A stretch of DNA of 64,000 nucleotides from Laetmonice hystrix (lineage: Eukaryota): assembly GCA_965235115.1 (NCBI GenBank), contig OZ249446.1, positions 20,708,001 through 20,772,000 of the forward strand, read 5' to 3'. The stretch's first letter is position 1. Each line of letters begins with the position of its first letter. The notes beneath the pieces were generated by a model that saw only the letters and a list, made by a program, of their open reading frames with translations, was not told the DNA's origin and searched no databases. This document shows positions 23,478 to 35,903 of the stretch, piece after piece. The position numbers and the translations under genes are program-made.

Positions 23478-25449
23478 TACATCACAGATATAACATAGAT
23501 GTTTGCTATTTATATCTGCATACGTCAAGATCGGATAAAGAAAGCTGACCCATTTCAGGCCCTTCAACTGAAACTAAGAAACATTCTTGGGAAACATTCT
23601 ATACAGATGAGGCTAAGTTGTCATTTCTAATTAATGTGGTACGCTAAATAGCGATTTAATATAGGGATATATGACATTGAAAATTATCATTTCATGTTCG
23701 AATATCCCACTTCAGCCAAGTTTCGACATGAAGGCTGATTAATGCAGGAATTGCGAAAACAACGGTAGAATGTACGAATGCGACTGACCTTTTGTATTGA
23801 ATGCGGTCGCCTGTCACAGTGATAACATGTGAATCTAGTGAATATTAGGGAAAACTGAAGTTTTAGTTAGATTTGGGGGACTTGAAACAGCCGATGTCAT
23901 TAATAGTCTGCGTCAATACGGTACTTGAGTTACGCCATGAAAGCCTCCATCCCGTCCTCTCAATCATGGCTGCAAAATGCACATATCAATAGATTTTCTT
24001 TGATGAATAGCAGCTCATTATAAACATAATAAAAGGTATCGTATGTCAGTGTGAAATAACCTTTCGCTTACAGCCGGATTGCGCAGCGGTGAAATTGGAT
24101 CCCGAAATTAATCTCCATTAAATGAGACAAAGCGGACGGTATTTTTTTAGTGGCTGAGTCTGACGTCGCATGTTCTCTTTTCTATTATATTAGGATTGTG
24201 TAGAACGGGTTCCTTTAAGTCATAATTTTGGCATTGGATTTATTTAACTGGAGACTGAAATATTTAAAGTCTATCCATTGGTATTGTCTGCCCACTGTCA
24301 TTGCATCTTTCATGGGCAGGTTGCCAATACTGAACAAAATTAATATTTTTAAGATATCAGAATGATGAACAAGTAAAATACACACTTTGCGTAAATCAAT
24401 TGGAAACCGTTCTTTCATTGCTTTTGTAATGTGATCCTTACAGGAATGAGTTAACGAATAAACCAGACGAGAGTATGACCAGTTTAACGTGAGAAATAAA
24501 ATTCCTTTCACAAAATATTTGAGGCGGCAAATAGAAATAAACATTATATAGTCAAGGCCTCCATGAACAAAAATGATATTTAGTTTATCTATAAGCATAG
24601 AGAGATTACATAAATGGGCCCATTGATACCATTAGACCCTCTGATGTATAGGTCTTCCATATTGTCATCAAGGAGAAAAGGTAAGTCTTGTCTTTTTTTT
24701 GTTTTACGAAATGTCTCCTTAATGCTTGATTTCACAACGGTAGCTGTAATCTTAGTTCTTCGCAGCTTCCTGAATATCCTGAATATATGCTATTATGTTT
24801 AAGATTTAAAGGAAAAGACAACTCACTGAAACGAAATTTCAATGAAAGAATTGGCATTGTGTATTAAGATTAATAGATTAAAAGTCACTGTCCTAACTTT
24901 CATCACAATATAGGGAGTGGATGCCCACCCCGTGCCCTTTTTCTGACATTTTTTTCTCCATTCGAGCATGTGCCCCTGGATACGACCTCGAACCCTGCAC
25001 CTTCATAAAATCTTCGATTCGTGTCTGTATTCCGTCTCGAACCTGCCTGCTCTACGTGAGGTTGAACTCGGAATGCCAAACACCTTTTAAACCCCCTTTC
25101 ATCGCTAAGACAGGAAGCGCCTCTGACAGCCCGAATAATCTGCAAGCCCTTGCTTTGATCCGGTCGGCAAGGTAAGAAGGTGTTTTACCTGCGGTTTGTC
25201 TGCACCTGTCTGTACAACACGGGCTATTCCGCTCAGGGCGACATCTGGCGGCAAGTTGTGGCAGCGAGCAAGGACGAACCAGACGGTGGCCGTAAAGGGC
25301 AAAGATAAAACCTGACACGGAGTACCCGTATGGAGGTGAAGGTTACGTGTATATTGGCAGATGGTTCCTAAACAGATGGGGTGTATATGGTACAACGATA
25401 CTCGGTTACCGTGTCAATGTGATCACTGGAGAACTCTGAAACACAGCAT

Positions 25450-25528
25450 TTCTCCTGTCTCTGTCTATGCATCTCTCTCTTCTCCTGCCTCTGTCTATGC
25501 ATCTCTCTCTTCTCCTGCCTCTGTCTAT

Positions 25529-25577
<49 letters not shown>
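25450..25577. repeat. Three ~30-bp CT-rich units followed by (CT)n
   Basis: CTCTCTCTTCTCCTGCCTCTGTCTATGCAT repeats, then a pure CT tract. Confidence 0.9.
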
Positions 25578-25578
<1 letters not shown>

Positions 25579-26349
25579 GTCAGAAGCCCCCTACCACAAA
25601 GCCAGTGGATACGTCAGAAAGTTGCTCTCTGATCCGAAGCCAGAAAAGTACGGGTACCTAACCAGATTAAGCGCACTTCCATGTCATGCATGCAAGGAAA
25701 GCTCGTTAGGTTAGAAGTCTATGTCATTCATGGATTTTCAAAACAAATAGTTGTTCAATAGAAAACCTACTCCAAGGTCACTTTTATTCATTCAAACGCT
25801 GCCAACTCAAGTCGAAACATTTATTATAGGCCTAACCTCACAGGAAGATTTCATATCCTAGATGCTTCAGTAACCCTCCTTCTGTTCTGGGCTTCAATCG
25901 CACCTTCCAAATCAGTCACTAGCACTCTTCAAAGCTCCAATCCAACAAATTAATAAGACTAAATATATGACGTTTCAAGGTGTTTGCAAATAGGATATGG
26001 TAATCCGTTGGTTTGCTTGGATAATCCAATTGTGGTTGTTGCGATAACAGTAATCTCTGGAGTACTGGGGAGTTCTTTCTACCGTTAAACGACATGCCGA
26101 TTGATGATTTACCACAGAATCAACCGACCGCTACAGGCAGTGTTTATGAAACAGTCTCCTTTCAGGGTTATTGGGGTCTAATCATTCTCTCTCGCAACCC
26201 CAAAGGAGTTAGAGAGGCCGTGCTAATATGACAGTAGCGTGTGTAAAATGCCTTTATTGGGTTTATTCAGAGACACCTGTCATTTTGCCTAGAGCTTCGA
26301 TTACTTAAAAGGTATTGTACAGGTAGGGGTACTTCTACCGTGACCGTCA

Positions 26350-26526
26350 TGAGAGAGGAAGAGACAGAGATACAGAGAGAGACGGAAAGAGAGAGAGACG
26401 GTGAGAGACAGAGAGAGAGACACGGAGAGAGAGAGACGAAGATACAGAGAGAGACGGACAGAGAAAGAGAGAGATAGAGAGACAGAGAGAGACGGGGAGA
26501 GACAGAGAGAGATGCAGAGAGAGACC

Positions 26527-26587
<61 letters not shown>

Positions 26588-26600
26588 GGAGAGAAGAGAA
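26350..26600. repeat. Degenerate and pure (GA)n microsatellite
   Basis: Directly visible; source of the RE-rich and SL-rich ORF-track entries. Confidence 0.95.
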
Positions 26601-26627
26601 TGGAAGAAAAAGTAGAAGAAGAAGAAT

Positions 26628-27215
26628 CCTATAAATTGTATCATATACCGTAACAGTTATTCAATCACTTACGAATGTATCATAATATACCGTAACAGTT
26701 ATTCAATCACTTACCTATAAAGTGTATCATATACCGTAACAGTTATTCAATCACTTACCTATAAAGTGTATCATATACCGTAACAGTTATTCAATCACTT
26801 ACCTATAGAGTGTATCATATACCGTAACAGTTATTCAATCACTTACCTATAAAGTGTATCATATACCGTAACAGTTATTCAATCACTTACCTATAAAGTG
26901 TATCATATACCGTAACAGTTATTCAATCACTTACCTATAAAGTGTATCATATACCGTAACAGTTATCCAATCACTTACTTATAGAGTGTATCATATACCG
27001 TAACAGTTATTCAATCACTTACCTATAAAGTGTATCATATACCGTAACAGTTATTCAATCACTTACCTATAAAGTGTATCATATACCGTAACAGTTATCC
27101 AATCACTTACTTATAGAGTGTATCATATACCGGTAGTTATACAATCACTTACCTATAAAATGTATCAAATACCGGCACAGTCATTCAACGCTTACCTATA
27201 AAATGTACCAAATAC
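26628..27215. repeat. Minisatellite, 44-bp unit, ~13 copies
   Basis: Unit GTATCATATACCGTAACAGTTATTCAATCACTTACCTATAAAGT (starts at 26724, 26768, ...). Confidence 0.95.
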
Positions 27216-29122
27216 GGTACATGTATGAATGAGTTTTGTATCTAGTTTTGATATTATTCGACATTGTGCCACTATTGTCAAATGCATTTGACGCAGAACT
27301 CATATTCCTTATAAATACGAAATAAACCACGTCGATTTCAGATTCCAGAGTGTATAATTTTTTCTCATTCGTCGCACCGACAGGGATACCCTTCACAAAC
27401 TGATATCACGTGCCGCATTTTTTTAGTAATCAAAGACTAATCATAACGTCTGCCAATTACATGCCATGGAGGTAGGATTTTGGACTGGCTTTATCAGCTA
27501 GCTTAATCCTAATCCTGTCTAAAAGATAGTGATAATTGCGAATGTGGCCAAAATATAAATATTTGTGAAAGGAAAAAATATATTATGATAATAGCAAATG
27601 ACATTCAAAACCTATTCAAGATATACAAAATAATTATGAAGAAAATAACAAGGTTATCATGAGTGGATACTGCATGTCGAAGGGAATGTTTCATGACCTT
27701 ATAGGCTCGAGGCAAAGCAGAGAACTTATTTATGGCATGAAGCAGGATAACATAAATTGGCAATCTTAACAAGCATAGCGAGTCAGCGAGTGCTACCAGC
27801 AGTAAAATTATGATTATAACTATTTGGGGTAGTTTTATATAAGGTGTGGACATTTTGTCATACGGTAAAGAAAGACCCACAAATCGAACCAGTTGTAGTT
27901 TTTCTATGTTTTCCGTGGCCTCAGCCGTTCAGTATTTCCACCTGATTCGGGTCCCAGGGTTAAGCGTTACGTCTCATAAATCAATCACTTACTGCTTATC
28001 TCAAAGTCTGTGATTATTTTTGTGGTTTGGAAACTCATTGTTGTTTTATGAGGCAGGGGGCAGGGCAGACTTGGCCCAGGTTCTCCAGCCCTGGGGGGTC
28101 TTCATGAGAACTACTGGGAACATAAGGGCGGACTAGTCGAGTAATAAATGAGTAGTTCCGTTATGGCCTATCCCAAGGGCTACTTGAAAACAAATAAGAT
28201 GGATTGAACTTTTTCCGAGAACAGAAAATATAGAATAATGACAATAAAAGCAACAACAATAACAAGTAAATACTAATAAGAAACGGTCAGAATGCGAAAA
28301 CCTTACACTTCTATACGAGGCAAGCGAATAATTAATAGAAAGAGATAAAAAGACAAGTGGTGGAAGGGCGGAAGGAGGGATGTTAAAAGCCATACTCACC
28401 GGGACTTTACAGCTCTGGGTGATGCATGGGAAGTGACTGTTTGCAGGTCTCAGATCATTTCACATCCTGAGCACCTCGCTACGGCTGATTCATCTGCTGT
28501 CACTCTGGAGTTTTGTAGGTTGAAATATGTAGCCGATAACGGTTACAGTATACACTGGTCGGCCGTGGATGATGAGTCAGACCAGAAACAGAGCTCTATT
28601 GTTAGACCTCGTTAGTCTGTGATTTAAAACTATAAATTGATCTGATTTCCTGTCCCGGCCAACGTAGAAAACACCTTCTGGTCTATCATTTTCAACTGAA
28701 ATGATTCAGTAAACGCCTACACAACCCGAACATTATTTGGATGGCGCTAATGTGTGCTGACAAGTGAGTTCTAAAAATAGAGAATTTTGGAGGTTGAGTC
28801 TCATTGAAATGCTTGACCTGCTTTATGCCAGCGTTTCACAACCTGTCGTTAGCTTGTCCTATCGTTAACACCAATGTATTTTAAATGAAGATTTTAACGC
28901 ACGACAGGATAACGATGGTTCTGAAACGCACCGATTTGTGTATAACCGACTGTGTATAATCGATCTTGTTGACAATCAGTATATTATACAGGTAGAATTG
29001 TACAAGTAGAGACACAGTCCTCTTGTCGGTTGTGTGAGTATATCCCAGCCGGATGACAAGCGCTCACCGTTACTTGATGCAAGATTAAAGGTTAAGTACA
29101 AAAAGATGAGTTTGCCCTATAC

Positions 29123-29260
29123 CTCTGGTCTGTGTCTTTCACAGACCAGACACAGTCTGCGCCTGCGCTCGAGAGGACGTGATAGGTTATTAACCGACAT
29201 GGCGGCGAGTTAATCAACCGTGAAATATATTATACCACAGCGACCTCTGGTGGCTTTCAG
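29123..29260. promoter_or_regulatory. CpG-rich promoter-like cluster
   Basis: NRF1-like TGCGCCTGCGCT 29158-29169, YY1-like ACATGGCGGCG 29197-29207, CTCF-like GCCACCAGAGGTCGCT on the minus strand 29239-29254; motif match only. Confidence 0.4.
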
Positions 29261-29396
29261 GGGGATCTCTAGAACTCCAGCGCTCGCCACAACTGACGCA
29301 AAGTGATAGCAACTAATTGCATCACGGTATTGTTAATTATGTGCATATCTGAAATGCACAAGACATTTTCACTACGCAGAGATCCATACCGTTTAA

Positions 29397-29559
29397 AGCG
29401 ACAGTATCGCCCTTCAGCATTGTGCGATAGGCTGGCCATCCTAACGGTCGATGTGCTATTTATAGACGTCAGTTCCTATGCTACAGCATAGGATGGTCGT
29501 AGTTATCAAATAGGCCACTAGGTGGCTGGGAGCATGGTCTAACGGACGAGACTGTCGCT
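29397..29559. mobile_element. Kolobok-type MITE, 163 bp
   Basis: TTAA|AGCGACAGT ... ACTGTCGCT|TTAA; 13-bp TIR AGCGACAGTCTCG with one mismatch on the left. Confidence 0.85.
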
Positions 29560-30124
29560 TTAACTATCATCATTTCCAGGGGAGATGGAGTAAGGATGCT
29601 ACTTGCTATACCCCCCCCCCAACCTGATTTTAAAATTTTCTTTCTCCTTGACTGAAGTATAATGTCAGTAATATTATCTACAAGAGAGATCGATGTTTAC
29701 ACACTGAATATACATTTTTTGTAGTTTCTCCACTTGGTACTAGAGCAATTCGAGTAAGTATTATGTACGAATACCGTACCAAACTGTCCGGCAAAACACT
29801 TTTCGTACGAGTGAAGTCTGACTTAGCCTTAACTCTTAGTGCAATCCACACATATTATATGGGCTTGGCCTCCAGTGGAAAAAATAGATGGGGCAGGGGG
29901 AGTGAGACGACCGCCTTCATTTAAAAGCGGTAATTTGTTGTCTGGAAGTGGAGGCATTCATTGATTAGAAGGTTGAGCGTTGCTAAGCGTAGTTAGTTTA
30001 CCTTCAGTAATGAGCTCTGGTCCTCGTTAACAGATGTGATTGTACCCCGTGTATACATTCCTGTCTATTTGTGAGGGAGGAAACTAACATGTAATCTGCC
30101 CCTCCCATGAAAACAATGCTCTGG

Positions 30125-30963
30125 ATGTTACCTTGATATCCTGTCTGTTGTGCTAATATAATGTTGTTGTACTACCTTGATGTCCTGTCTGTTGTACGGA
30201 TATAATGTTGTTCTACTAGCTTGATATCCTGTCTGTTGTACGGATATAATGTTGTTCTACTAGCTTGATATCCTGTCTGTTGTACGGATATAATGTTGTT
30301 CTACTAGCTTGATATTCTGGTTGTACTGATAATATTGTTCTACTACCTTGATATTCTGGTTGTACTGATAATATTGTTCTACTACCTTGATATTCTGGTT
30401 GTACTGATAATATTGTTCTACTACCTTGATATTCTGGTTGTACTGATAATATTGTTCTACTAGCTTGATATTCTGGTTGTACTGATAATATTGTTCTACT
30501 ACCTTGATATTCTGGTTGTACTGATAATATTGTTCTACTACCTTGATATTCTGGTTGTACTGATAATATTGTTCTACTACCTTGATATTCTGGTTGTACT
30601 GATAATGTTGTTCTACTACCTTGATATTCTGGTTGTACTGATAATGTTGTTCTACTACCTTGATATTCTGGTTGTACTGATAATGTTGTTCTACTACCTT
30701 GACCCCATTGGAGGCCATTGACAGACCTCATTGGAGGCCACTGTCAGACCTCATTGGAGGCCATTGACAGACCCCATTGGAGGCCATTGACAGACCCCAT
30801 TGGAGGCCACTGACAGACCCAACTGGATGGTCATTGACAGACCCAACTGGTTGGCCACTGACAGACCCAACAGGTTGGCCATTGACAGACCCCTCTGGAC
30901 GGCCATTGACAGACCCCTCTGGATGGTCATTGATAGACCCAACTGGTTGGCCATTGACAGACT
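30125..30963. repeat. Compound minisatellite: 44-bp, 39-bp, 23-bp and 24-bp units in series
   Basis: TTGATATCCTGTCTGTTGTACGGATATAATGTTGTTCTACTAGC, then TTGATATTCTGGTTGTACTGATAATATTGTTCTACTACC, then CCCCATTGGAGGCCATTGACAGA, then CCCAACTGGTTGGCCATTGACAGA. Confidence 0.93.
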
Positions 30964-31294
30964 TCAGGCACGCTGGACGAAGCAAAACAAGGCCAGTAGA
31001 AGGCCTTGACGTCACCCAAGGAGCGATAAAAGATGTTTCTCTTAAACCTAACCCTCATTATCGCTCATTTGATGACGTCACGCCCAACAACCGACTTGAG
31101 GTATGTGGACCCGCCCCGTTTATGAACAGACGACCACAGAATATCACTAAATATGCGAGTGCAATGGGAAATGAAGATGTACTCCTTCAGGAAAACAACT
31201 CACGGGGGGACAACGGCACAATGGTAAGGAGGAAGGAAAATGTCATCTTTTGGTATTTTACATCATAAAGTAATTCGTTTTAATGTAATCATCT

Positions 31295-31390
31295 TTATCC
31301 CAATCATCATCCTACATCACCATCATCGTCATCATCCCCATCATCATCATCATCATGAGAAATGATGTTTTCATCAGCTTCATCATCATT
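31295..31390. repeat. (CAT)n microsatellite
   Basis: Directly visible. Confidence 0.85.
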
Positions 31391-32949
31391 TGTATTTGGT
31401 GATTCTGCTTGACGTTACATATAGTTCCTTCTACGCGTGACACGAACATGGGCAAAGTAGCTCTTTAATTGGCACGCGATGTCAGAACTGAGGACACTAC
31501 CTGGTCCGTTGGACGCGAACCAAACCACTGTCAAGTTCTCCTTAACCTTTTCACCCTTTCATGTCTGCCCGAAGTCAAATACTCTAAGGAGACACAGATT
31601 GCGGGTGCCGTAGCTCCTATGACCGCGAATTGCGGTCAATCAACCTCGTGTTAGGTTGTTGATTAAAGACAACGGTGGGATCGTCAGGTATGATCTCAGA
31701 TAGTCACGTTGCCAGGTGCACAGGGCACGCCCCTTGGTCTGCGTCGTACTCAAAGGGGCAGTAAGACGATGGAAGAAGAAAACAGAGTAATAAGGCCCTG
31801 CGAATGTTGTGCCTTTAGATGTTGTTCCTAAACTGTTTACCCGGCAGCAACTCGCTGGTCTTTGCTGCGGTACTTCCGAGAACGGAAATGTTCTCTACTG
31901 CCGGGTAGAAATTATCTTAATGAATAAACTTCTCAAAAACAGAATCTGTGTGAGTGATCGTGTTGGCACGCCAGTGCTTTCCTGAAGTACTCACTGCGTA
32001 AGTATTACTCTTCGATCCCAAACACAACTAAAACCACGTACATATAGCGAAGAGGCAAGCAACAGCACCCCGCTTGAAGGCTCCTACAAGAACCTTCTGA
32101 AGTAGAAACAAGTATTGTCAAATTATTACAACTTTGAATCTCTCGAATGTCCAAGTTAAGATACCTCGATGTTAAAGAAAAATATGATTTCAATAATCTC
32201 GCTCTCTCTAACCTCAAAGGAGAGGAAACAGGATTCCAAACACAATCCCTCTTAAAAAGAATTTACCTAACACGAGCACAGAAAGAGACAATGGCTCCAG
32301 GGCGGGGCCGGCATTAGGCAGTAAATGCTAACATGACCTTTCCCTGACCGGTAGACTTATTCATCGGTCATCGGCCAGTCATTCGATGTCACAATATAAA
32401 TATCCATGCTTGACCCCTCTACGGGCTCTACTAATTTTATTCATTTGGTGTGTGTTTCTACCACACCTTCTTTGCTTCTTTTACACACTCGTCGAAGAAA
32501 ACCTCGTACCAATTGGAACCGTTTTCTTCTTTTTCCCAGCTGTTCTTTTTCGCCGGCCACTTTAGCGCTGAATCAAAGTCGGTACCGCCGTAACGTACAG
32601 ACCACACCCTCATCAAACTCGGCGCTCCAGACTAGCATTCGCGTCAAAGAGTTGTGATCAAACAAATCCCACGTGACGAAACAAACACATACATTAATGA
32701 TTATTTCACGCAGAAAGTTGCTAATTTTCCTACAAGGTGCGCACAACCGATCTCTCATTCTCTTCCAGGGAAACGTCACAATGAAAACCCCTTTCTCACC
32801 CACTGATTGAATCGTTGCCCGGAGATCAAATTACAATCCCAGGACGTCTGAGAAGCGCACGGCTGAGGCAGCTCCGCAAAGGGCCAGTCTCTTTAGGAAT
32901 CGGCGTTCCATCTCGCTCGCGCAGACAAATCCCCAATTAAGAAGACCCG

Positions 32950-33445
32950 TATAAAAACATACGCTCTCTGTGTCATTGGCAGAGCTCCATTGAGTACCCT
33001 TCAGTCAGAATCCCATTTGCTCAGCTCCTGGGCATCCGTCGATGAATCCGTAATAGGATCGATGTCAATTATTCGCCTGCTCCGTTGCGGCCCGTAAGAA
33101 AGGCGTCAAAGAGATAGCCAAGGAGGCACTACACGCAGACTTCGTGCCTTCTTCGGCCGGTCCTGCACCTGCGGAGAACACCTTTAAGGGGTTTCCAAAG
33201 CACGCCCGGATCGATCTGACTTTGCCATGGCCTGTCGCTTCACGATACGAGGTGTTGCACGGGACTCGGATGTATGGGACGGCTATAACCTTCTCGACTT
33301 CCACCGGGGTCCTCTTCCTTTGTCCGACTCACTGAGCGTGTCTAACATCGATTATACCTGGTACGAATTACGTGAGGTTTCCGCCCCCTCCCCACATCGA
33401 TCCACACACTCGCACGTCTACACATATTTGCAGTTTCAACCATAA
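32950..33445 (+). other. Candidate small gene: TATA box, two short uORFs, ORF with strong Kozak context
   Basis: TATAAAA 32950; uORFs 33042-33053 and 33062-33097; gccATGG at 33227; possible donor c|gtgagg at 33372; no homology recognised. Confidence 0.3.
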
Positions 33446-35752
33446 AAGTATGTATACCCAAGAAGGCGTTGACACCCAGGGAAAACTCAATAACATACAA
33501 TCCAAATAGAGCCTCGTCATGTCGACTATTGTTTCCACGTGACGTAATCTGCCTAGGTTCTGCTTTTTTAAGCAGGATGATATTTCTGGAATATTTATGG
33601 TTATTTGAAAAGCTCTCACTGAGTGGTCCATGTTGGCATTGCCATGGTGTAATTGACGTTGACGTCAAGCCTTGGTAAGCAATTAGTATTTTTATCTCCT
33701 CCAAAGATGCCAGTAAGTCTCCAAGGTTCTGTTTTTAATTCAAAGTACGAGCAGAATTAATCCGGGGAATGGTATTGAATGATGGAATAGGATAATTGTC
33801 AGGGAGGTGGATTATTGTTTGTCATTATCGCGATGATATACAGAGCCTCATTCCAGAGATAAACGAACGCCTCTTCGCTTTCACATAAACCCTGACGGGA
33901 AACCAGCACACGTGGGATTGACCCGTTATCGTTGGGTGGCTTATCTTTATTGTCTTCTGAGTTACGCCAATACATGTGATTGTAAACGACAATGAAAATA
34001 AACAGTAAATATTTATAGCTCTAATGAGAGCATTTAATGGCATATGGATGTTCATTTTAAATCGATTGGTGCTTGAGATTCTTATTCTTATGCAAAAGAC
34101 GCAGGAGGCCTATACAGTTTCCTGTCTTGCCTTGAAAATACTAGCATCGCGTACCCGCCCTCGTCCACGACAAGGGCATCCCTCTGGATACTGCAGTGGC
34201 CCGTTCTTTAATGCCAAATGTTTGAAGCGGCCCTCTCGTCCGGAAGTAGCCTAGATGGTGCCACATCCGGAAGGACCTGAACTTGCTCAAACTCAGTCTA
34301 GGTCACCCGACTCTCTTGCTGTGCGAAAGTCTGGGCAAGTTTGTGCATTGCATTTCTTCGTCGCAGGGTGGCGTGGTAGTAGTACGCCCCCTCCCCAACC
34401 CGTGCTCCCATGTCGTAAGCGGATTCCGTAATTCCGAATGCTTCTCAGTCAACAGGTACTAATGATTGACTACGTTACACGGTATCTTACATGATCAACA
34501 CCGATCATGCAGATACAATGTTTCCCATGCACAAGTCAGCCTGTGACCGATTAGTCCGAGCGTAGGTATGCTTCCCTTCCTTAACGCTATGGACTAGACC
34601 TGATCACATCAGATAATATATATATTTTCATACGCTTGGCGCCTCTTGTTAGATTTCCGGTAAATTGACCAATCAGCTGCGAGCAAACCGGAAACTGAAA
34701 CCTTGTAAACGGGTCGCTTATGTACTCAACGCTCGCGAACAACTCGGAGATACAAACTTGTCAAGGCTCTCTGCTCGGCCGCTGAGGGTCTGGATGATCA
34801 AGACTGGCCTAGTACTTATTGAAAAAAACATGACATGACAAGTGTGGACTGAGTTACGGGGTATAGTTTATTGCATGCCTCACACTGAAACCACAAACTG
34901 TCACATTCACTGTCACATACTCTCCCTGTCCATGCAATCCACCGACTTGTCAATTTTGTACTATTATACGTAAATTCCCAAGGCAAGTATCTAAGTTTAT
35001 CAAATATGCCTTTCAGCACAGGAGTAACATTTTATAGAAGGACACTGTATATACTTAGCCTGTTTGTATATTAATACTTTTTAAAAGTGACTTGTAGGCC
35101 CATAGGGCCGGGTACATTAATTGTATTAGGCCTAATTACATCTATGGATGCATAGGCCTACATTGTTTCTAAATGCCTGAGGATTCAAACATTTGTATAT
35201 GCTAAATTGTATGTATTGCACATGTGACTATAATAAAATAAAAACCTAAAACTGCCACTGTCCGCTGCAGGAGGTTACTCCCCATTCACGTCGATCTCCG
35301 CTCGGAGTTGAGAAAACTAAATGAATGGCGTCAAGTATACAATGAGTCTGAGCCACAGTGGACGCTTCATGGCATGTTTACATGTCGTACGACTGCCCTT
35401 TCTCTGCTCCTCCCCTCTTTGTTTCCCTCCCGGTTACAGGATCGAATGGCTTGATTTACTCGCATGGAAGGCGGAAACAGTCGGGAGAGGATTGGTCGCT
35501 CGTAGACCGTGTTGTTAGAGGGCTTGGTTCTTCACGCCGGTGTCGCGTTCAAAGGTCAATGCAGTTTCGGCCTCTCACGTTACCGAACGTGTCTCGTCCT
35601 GGGCTCAAATATCGGTCATCTTCGGGTTGTTCCCATGTTTCTATCTCCGTGAATCTTAGTGGTTAGAAATAAAAGCCTAGTGCTACTCCTAGCCTTCAAC
35701 CTGACCCTAACACTTTGTCCCGGTGCCTAGACCTCCCCAAGAAACGCCTAGG

Positions 35753-35903
35753 CCAGGGCGGATCCAGGATTATTTTAAGGGGGGGGGGGGGGGGGGGTCT
35801 CCAAGGCCAAAAATATATGATAAATATGATCATGATAAAAATAACATCGTCCAGAATTTAGGGGGGGGGGGGCTGGATCCCTCTTGCCCCCTGGATCCGC
35901 CAA
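35753..35903. mobile_element. GC-rich MITE with GGCGGATCCAGG / CCTGGATCCGCC inverted ends
   Basis: 12-bp inverted match at the ends; internal poly-G tracts; no TSD seen. Confidence 0.65.

Noticed and set aside
24215-24598. 127-aa minus-strand ORF as a gene
   Set aside because: AT-rich, no recognisable motif, no convincing acceptor, and better splice signals are on the opposite strand.
30216-31268. Q/Y-rich and TDP-rich ORFs
   Set aside because: They are translations of the 39-bp and 24-bp arrays.
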